A DNA stretch of 20,479 bases from Candidatus Zixiibacteriota bacterium. GTDB lineage: Bacteria; Zixibacteria; MSB-5A5; CAIYYT01. Location: assembly GCA_040235515.1 (NCBI GenBank), contig JBECKX010000191.1, positions 1-20,479 of the forward strand, read 5' to 3'. A model generated the notes under the pieces. That model saw nothing but the letters and a program-made list of their open reading frames with translations, was not told the origin of the DNA and made no database searches. Below, in pieces: positions 15,076-20,479 of the stretch (the stretch's first letter is position 1; each line of letters opens with the position of its first letter). A program made the translations under genes and the position numbers.

Positions 15076-17199
15076 ATGAAATCCTTCTTCACGAGATTCC
15101 GGTCGCGTATTGCCCTCTCGATCTGCGCAGCTTTGGTGGTCGTGGTTGCCCCAGATGCGCCCGCCGCACCTATACTTGACAGCCTCAATACCTTCGCTTT
15201 TCAACCTGCAGGGCCGCTCGGCGGATCTGATTGCTGGGGGTGGGTTGGGGATGATTGCACCCAGTACGCGATCATGGGCGTGCAGAACGGGATCGTGTTC
15301 GTTGATGTCACGACCAACCAGGTCGCATCAGTCGTAGGAGGGCCAACGTCGAATAACGCCTGCGGCGCTTACTGGCGAGATATCAAGACGTTCAAGCATT
15401 ACTGTTACGCGGTTTCGGAGTGTATGGGGGCAAATCAGGGATTGATGGTGATTGACATGAGCCCGCTACCCAATCCCGTGCGGCTGGTTGGCGTTTACCC
15501 GACCGACGGCGAGGACAGCTACACTTCACACAATATCACCATCGATACGACGCGCGGCTACCTCTATGCGGAAGGCAGCGGAATTTCCGGGGACCAGATC
15601 CACATTTTCAGTCTCGGTAATCCGGAGAAGCCGGCGTACCTGAACAGCTTCGGCCCCCCCGCCGGACCGAACACGGGGGCGATCCATGATCTCTTTGCGA
15701 TCAACGATACGCTGTTCGTGGCGGAGGGTTCCAATTCGACTTTCTCTATCTGGGATATGGCGGACAAGTTTGCCCCACAGTTGCTGGCTCGGATTTCGGT
15801 ACCGGGCAACGGCTATCTGCACAACATCTGGCCGACGGATGATCGCAAGTATGTTGTTACCACCGAGGAAACGGCTAATCGCACGGTTAAGATCTGGGAC
15901 ATCCAGGACCTCGACAACGTACAGCTTGCTTCTCAATTCCTTGGCGGCAGCAAGCTGGCGCACAATGCGCACATCGAAGGGGACACGCTCTACCTGTCGC
16001 ACTATGAGTCAGGGGTTTATGTACTCGATATATCTGACCCCACCGACCCGCAGGTGATCACCCAGTTTGACACGTGGGGGACGGAGAATGCGGGCTTCAG
16101 CGGCTGCTGGGGCGTATACCCGCACTCGCCCGGCGGATATGTGTACGCGAGCAACGGGGATGGCAAGTTGTTCATCCTGCGTTGGCGGGAGGAGTCGCTG
16201 CCACCACCGGGTGGATTGGCGGACTCCGATCTTGACGGCATCCCGGACATCGAAGATGGTTGTCCCGGCGTTTATAATCCATGCCAGTTTGATACGGATG
16301 GTGACGGCCAGATGGATGCCTGCGATGATGACCTTGATGGCGACCTGGTTGCGAACGCGTCAGACAACTGCGTCGGATTGCCCAACAGCCAGAGCAACGC
16401 AGATGGCGATGCGCTCGGTGATGAGTGTGATAACTGCCCCGGCGTCGCGAACGATGACCAGCTGGATGCAGACTTTGACGGCATCGGTGATGCGTGCGAC
16501 AGTTGCGTGGATACCGATCGTGATGGGTACAAGAACGCCGGCGCCGGTGGGGAGTGTCCTACTGACAACTGCGATGAGGTTTACAACGCCGATCAGACTG
16601 ATACCGATTCTGATGGACGCGGGGACGCCTGCGACAACTGCCCTGAGGATGCTAACATCGACCAGTACGATGAGAATGGGGATGGCATCGGGGATGCGTG
16701 CGACGGCATGGTGCATATCCAGGTGTACGATGCTCTCGAGGTCACTGAGGGGGTGGAGTTCAGTTATGAATTGCCGGTGATAGGTGGCAATCCTCCATAC
16801 ACCTGGAGTTTTCTTGGGGGCGATGTCCCGATCGGGATGCAGTTCAATGGTGGTGCCACGGGGATGGTGTCAGGGACACCCAGTTATGCTGCTGACTTTT
16901 ACTTCACTGTGAAGGTGGATGACTTCAGCGTACCGATTCGCAGTGACACCATCAGTATCACGATCAGCGTCAACGAAGGGGTTGAGAGCTACCTGTGCGG
17001 AGACCTGGACCGGGACAACCTTGTCACGGTTGGTGACGCTATCCTGATCATCGATGTAATATTTACGCCGTCGCCATTCCCGATTCCGGTGGAGTATCTT
17101 GACGCCGACTGCAATGGGGCTCTGAGTATCGGTGATGCGGTCCTCCTGATCAACTACATCTTTGCCGGAGGACCGGCGCCGTGTGATGGCTGCCGCTAG
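15076..17199 (+). CDS. Secreted choice-of-anchor B family (LVIVD-repeat) protein with thrombospondin type 3 repeats, putative Ig domain and C-terminal dockerin-like domain
   Basis: Start likely ATG 15076 (GGAG SD), 707 aa; signal peptide; SDCWGW, WRDIKTF, HNITID, IHDLF, HNIWPT, HNAHI, SHYESGVYVLDISDP, GCWGVYP; DxDxDGxxDxCD repeats; GGNPPYTWS...G..SGTP Ig-like module; CGDLDRDNLVTVGDA...DADCNGALSIGDAVLLINYIFAGGPAPC. Confidence 0.88.
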   Translation: MKSFFTRFRSRIALSICAALVVVVAPDAPAAPILDSLNTFAFQPAGPLGGSDCWGWVGDDCTQYAIMGVQNGIVFVDVTTNQVASVVGGPTSNNACGAYWRDIKTFKHYCYAVSECMGANQGLMVIDMSPLPNPVRLVGVYPTDGEDSYTSHNITIDTTRGYLYAEGSGISGDQIHIFSLGNPEKPAYLNSFGPPAGPNTGAIHDLFAINDTLFVAEGSNSTFSIWDMADKFAPQLLARISVPGNGYLHNIWPTDDRKYVVTTEETANRTVKIWDIQDLDNVQLASQFLGGSKLAHNAHIEGDTLYLSHYESGVYVLDISDPTDPQVITQFDTWGTENAGFSGCWGVYPHSPGGYVYASNGDGKLFILRWREESLPPPGGLADSDLDGIPDIEDGCPGVYNPCQFDTDGDGQMDACDDDLDGDLVANASDNCVGLPNSQSNADGDALGDECDNCPGVANDDQLDADFDGIGDACDSCVDTDRDGYKNAGAGGECPTDNCDEVYNADQTDTDSDGRGDACDNCPEDANIDQYDENGDGIGDACDGMVHIQVYDALEVTEGVEFSYELPVIGGNPPYTWSFLGGDVPIGMQFNGGATGMVSGTPSYAADFYFTVKVDDFSVPIRSDTISITISVNEGVESYLCGDLDRDNLVTVGDAILIIDVIFTPSPFPIPVEYLDADCNGALSIGDAVLLINYIFAGGPAPCDGCR
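16222..16704 (+). repeat. Intragenic thrombospondin type 3-like Ca-binding repeats (about 8 units)
   Basis: DSDLDGIPDIEDGCP, DTDGDGQMDACD, DLDGDLVANASDNC, NADGDALGDECDNCP, DADFDGIGDACD, DTDRDGYKN, DTDSDGRGDACDNCP, DENGDGIGDACD. Confidence 0.85.
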
Positions 17200-17216
17200 G
17201 CCGGTGCTCTTCTTCG

Positions 17217-18038
17217 TCAGCGGCGCCGAAACGACCGATATTGAAACGGACCAAAACCGAACGGTTGTAGTTGGCGGCGGTAACCTTCCACGCTAAACCA
17301 GTAGCCACTACCGTTGCCATCGTCCGGCTTGCGGATAAATGGCGTCTGTGCCGGTGTCCAGCCGTTGGCGATCAAGAACATCGCTTCGCCTTGAGCATTA
17401 GTGCATTTGGAGATGATGATCGAGACATGACCGATGCCGCCGGTGGTATTCTGCACGATCAGGTCGCCGGGCTGAAGTTCTGCCTCATCGATCACCGTAA
17501 GAAAATCCTTCATCGCCACGCTGCCTGACCATTGGAAGAGGTAGTGAAGGAACCTGCGATAGGCTTGCTCCGATGAATCTGGTGGATCGTGTGCCTCGAC
17601 GTGGCGATCGATTTCAGGGCTGTAACGCAGACGCCGGCCAATCTTCCATTTTTCCCAACTGATCCATTGCCCATTCTGAAGGCGGAACTCAAGCAGTTCA
17701 TCCCTGCCGGCACTGCGGGCGTAATCGCAATAGAGCCGATAGCCGACGTCGGCACACTGCTCAAGATCCGTGTTGAACAGGAAGGGGAGATCAATGACTC
17801 GAACCGAGGCCGGCCATCCGTTGACGGGTTTACCATCATAACGGCGAACCGGCTCAGACTCAGGCAGCAGATGCAAATTTCGCAAGTATGAAGCGAGACT
17901 GCCGGAGTCTGCTGCCATGACGCTGAAACCTGGCGGCGCGGGGAATGCCTGCGCGACTGTCTCTGCATCTGCGATGCCGCCGAGCAGCGTGATCAGTGTC
18001 AGGAGTAGGGCGGTGATAAACTGAGCTGGTCTCTGCAT
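17217..18038 (-). CDS. Exported DUF4846-like protein
   Basis: Start moved to ATG 18038, 273 aa; signal peptide ending IADA; PPGF...YLRNLHL...YDG, DLEQCAD..RL, LQPGDLIV...GHVSII, FLIANGWTPAQ, motifs I recognise from DUF4846. Confidence 0.75.
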   Translation of the reverse strand: MQRPAQFITALLLTLITLLGGIADAETVAQAFPAPPGFSVMAADSGSLASYLRNLHLLPESEPVRRYDGKPVNGWPASVRVIDLPFLFNTDLEQCADVGYRLYCDYARSAGRDELLEFRLQNGQWISWEKWKIGRRLRYSPEIDRHVEAHDPPDSSEQAYRRFLHYLFQWSGSVAMKDFLTVIDEAELQPGDLIVQNTTGGIGHVSIIISKCTNAQGEAMFLIANGWTPAQTPFIRKPDDGNGSGYWFSVEGYRRQLQPFGFGPFQYRSFRRR

Positions 18039-18063
18039 TGCATAACTGATCAGGTTCGAGTCG

Positions 18064-18112
18064 AAGAAACGAAAACGGCAGACAGAAGCGCGTGGCTGTC
18101 TCTGTCTGCCGT
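18064..18112 (-). terminator. Intrinsic terminator of the metK-ahcY transcript
   Basis: 12-bp perfect inverted repeat ACGGCAGACAGA (18075-18086) / TCTGTCTGCCGT (18101-18112), followed on the - strand by TTTCGTTTCTT, 31 nt after the ahcY stop. Confidence 0.75.
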
Positions 18113-18143
18113 GGAAACTCACTTTAGATTACCGGGCGATCGA

Positions 18144-19415
<1,272 letters not shown>

Positions 19416-19424
19416 TTAATCGGT

Positions 19425-20479
19425 TTAGAGATCTTTCTTAAGATCAGGTGCTTTATCGATACGCTCCCAGGCAAACTCCGACTCGGTGCGACCAAAGTGA
19501 CCGTACGCGGCGGATTTGCGGTAGATCGGCTGACGAAGTTCAAGCATCTCAATGATGCCCTTTGGAGTCAGGTCGAAATGCTTCCTTATCAGCTGAACCA
19601 GTTTGTCGTCGCTGACCTCGGCAGTGTGGTCGGTATAGACATTTACCGATACCGGCTCGGCGACGCCGATCGCGTACGCCAGCTGGATCGTGCACTTCTT
19701 CGCAATGCCTGCGGCGACAATATTCTTGGCGATATAGCGAGCCATATAGGCGGCCGAGCGATCAACCTTTGTCGGGTCCTTGCCCGAGAAGGCGCCACCA
19801 CCATGAGCAGCCATGCCGCCGTAGGTGTCGACGATAATCTTGCGACCGGTCATTCCGGTATCTGACTGCGGACCACCGATCACGAACTTGCCGGTCGGGT
19901 TGACATAGATCTTGGTCTTTTCATCGATCAGCTCGGCCGGGATGATCGGCTTGATGATCTTATCGATCATCTGTTGCCGGGCCTGCTCCGTGATCTTTTT
20001 ACCGGTGGAATCGAGTATCTCCTCGGTATGCTGTGACGAAAGCACAATTGCCTCGACCCGTTTCGGCACACCATCTTCGTATTCGATCGTCACCTGAGAC
20101 TTGCCATCAGGACCGAGGTAGGAGAGTTCGTTGCTCTTACGCACCGCGGCCAGCTTGCGGCAAAGTTTATGAGCCAGCATGATTGGCATCGGCATCAATT
20201 CGGGGGTTTCCTCACAGGCATAACCCGTCATCAACCCCTGGTCGCCTGCACCGCCGACATCGACGCCCTGGGCGATATCAGGTGACTGGGCGCCGATCGC
20301 GTTGAGGATAGCGCAGGTGTCATACGAGAATCCGTATTGAGGAGCGGTGTAGCCAATCTCCTTGACCACCTCGCGTACCAGTCGGTTGATATCGACGAAG
20401 CCTTTCGTTGTGATTTCGCCACCGACGATCAGCATGCCAACAGTCACGAACGTCTCGCACGCGACGCGGCACGTGGGGT
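19425..20479 (-). CDS. metK: S-adenosylmethionine synthetase, 5' end outside the window
   Basis: Open to the window edge (...[14 protein letters not shown]); [57 protein letters not shown]. Confidence 0.98.
   Translation of the reverse strand, partial: PTCRVACETFVTVGMLIVGGEITTKGFVDINRLVREVVKEIGYTAPQYGFSYDTCAILNAIGAQSPDIAQGVDVGGAGDQGLMTGYACEETPELMPMPIMLAHKLCRKLAAVRKSNELSYLGPDGKSQVTIEYEDGVPKRVEAIVLSSQHTEEILDSTGKKITEQARQQMIDKIIKPIIPAELIDEKTKIYVNPTGKFVIGGPQSDTGMTGRKIIVDTYGGMAAHGGGAFSGKDPTKVDRSAAYMARYIAKNIVAAGIAKKCTIQLAYAIGVAEPVSVNVYTDHTAEVSDDKLVQLIRKHFDLTPKGIIEMLELRQPIYRKSAAYGHFGRTESEFAWERIDKAPDLKKDL

Noticed and set aside
16067..16780. 237-aa alternative-frame ORF within the surface-protein gene
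   Set aside because: Met/Thr/Ala-rich by-product of the Asp-rich repeat codons read in the +1 frame.

Overview
Gene-dense bacterial chromosomal window with no mobile element, CRISPR array, rRNA or tRNA detected. The paired C-terminal dockerin-like repeat ending in GGPAPC and the kinase-TM-TolB_N-like-TPR architecture suggest an FCB-group lineage such as candidate phylum Zixibacteria (inference). In order: a partial beta-helix lipoprotein (- strand, missed by the ORF track); a SprT-like Zn metalloprotease; a ~140-nt intergenic stretch that folds into a candidate multi-stem ncRNA on the - strand; an exported M16 peptidase; a - strand operon ricT(yaaT)-metG-tatD-rsmA that continues, by overlapping start/stop codons, into a predicted outer-membrane beta-barrel and two paralogous lipoproteins; a membrane Ser/Thr kinase with TPRs; a secreted choice-of-anchor-B/TSP3/Ig/dockerin-like protein; a DUF4846-like protein; and metK(partial)-ahcY with an intrinsic terminator. 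Best leads: (i) the unassigned structured RNA at 1363-1500, (ii) a beta-clamp-binding-like motif in the SprT N-terminus, (iii) the uncharacterised beta-barrel plus twin-lipoprotein module coupled to rsmA, and (iv) the dockerin-like tail sitting where a sorting signal is expected. All family calls come from motif recognition by eye; no searches or folding programs were run.
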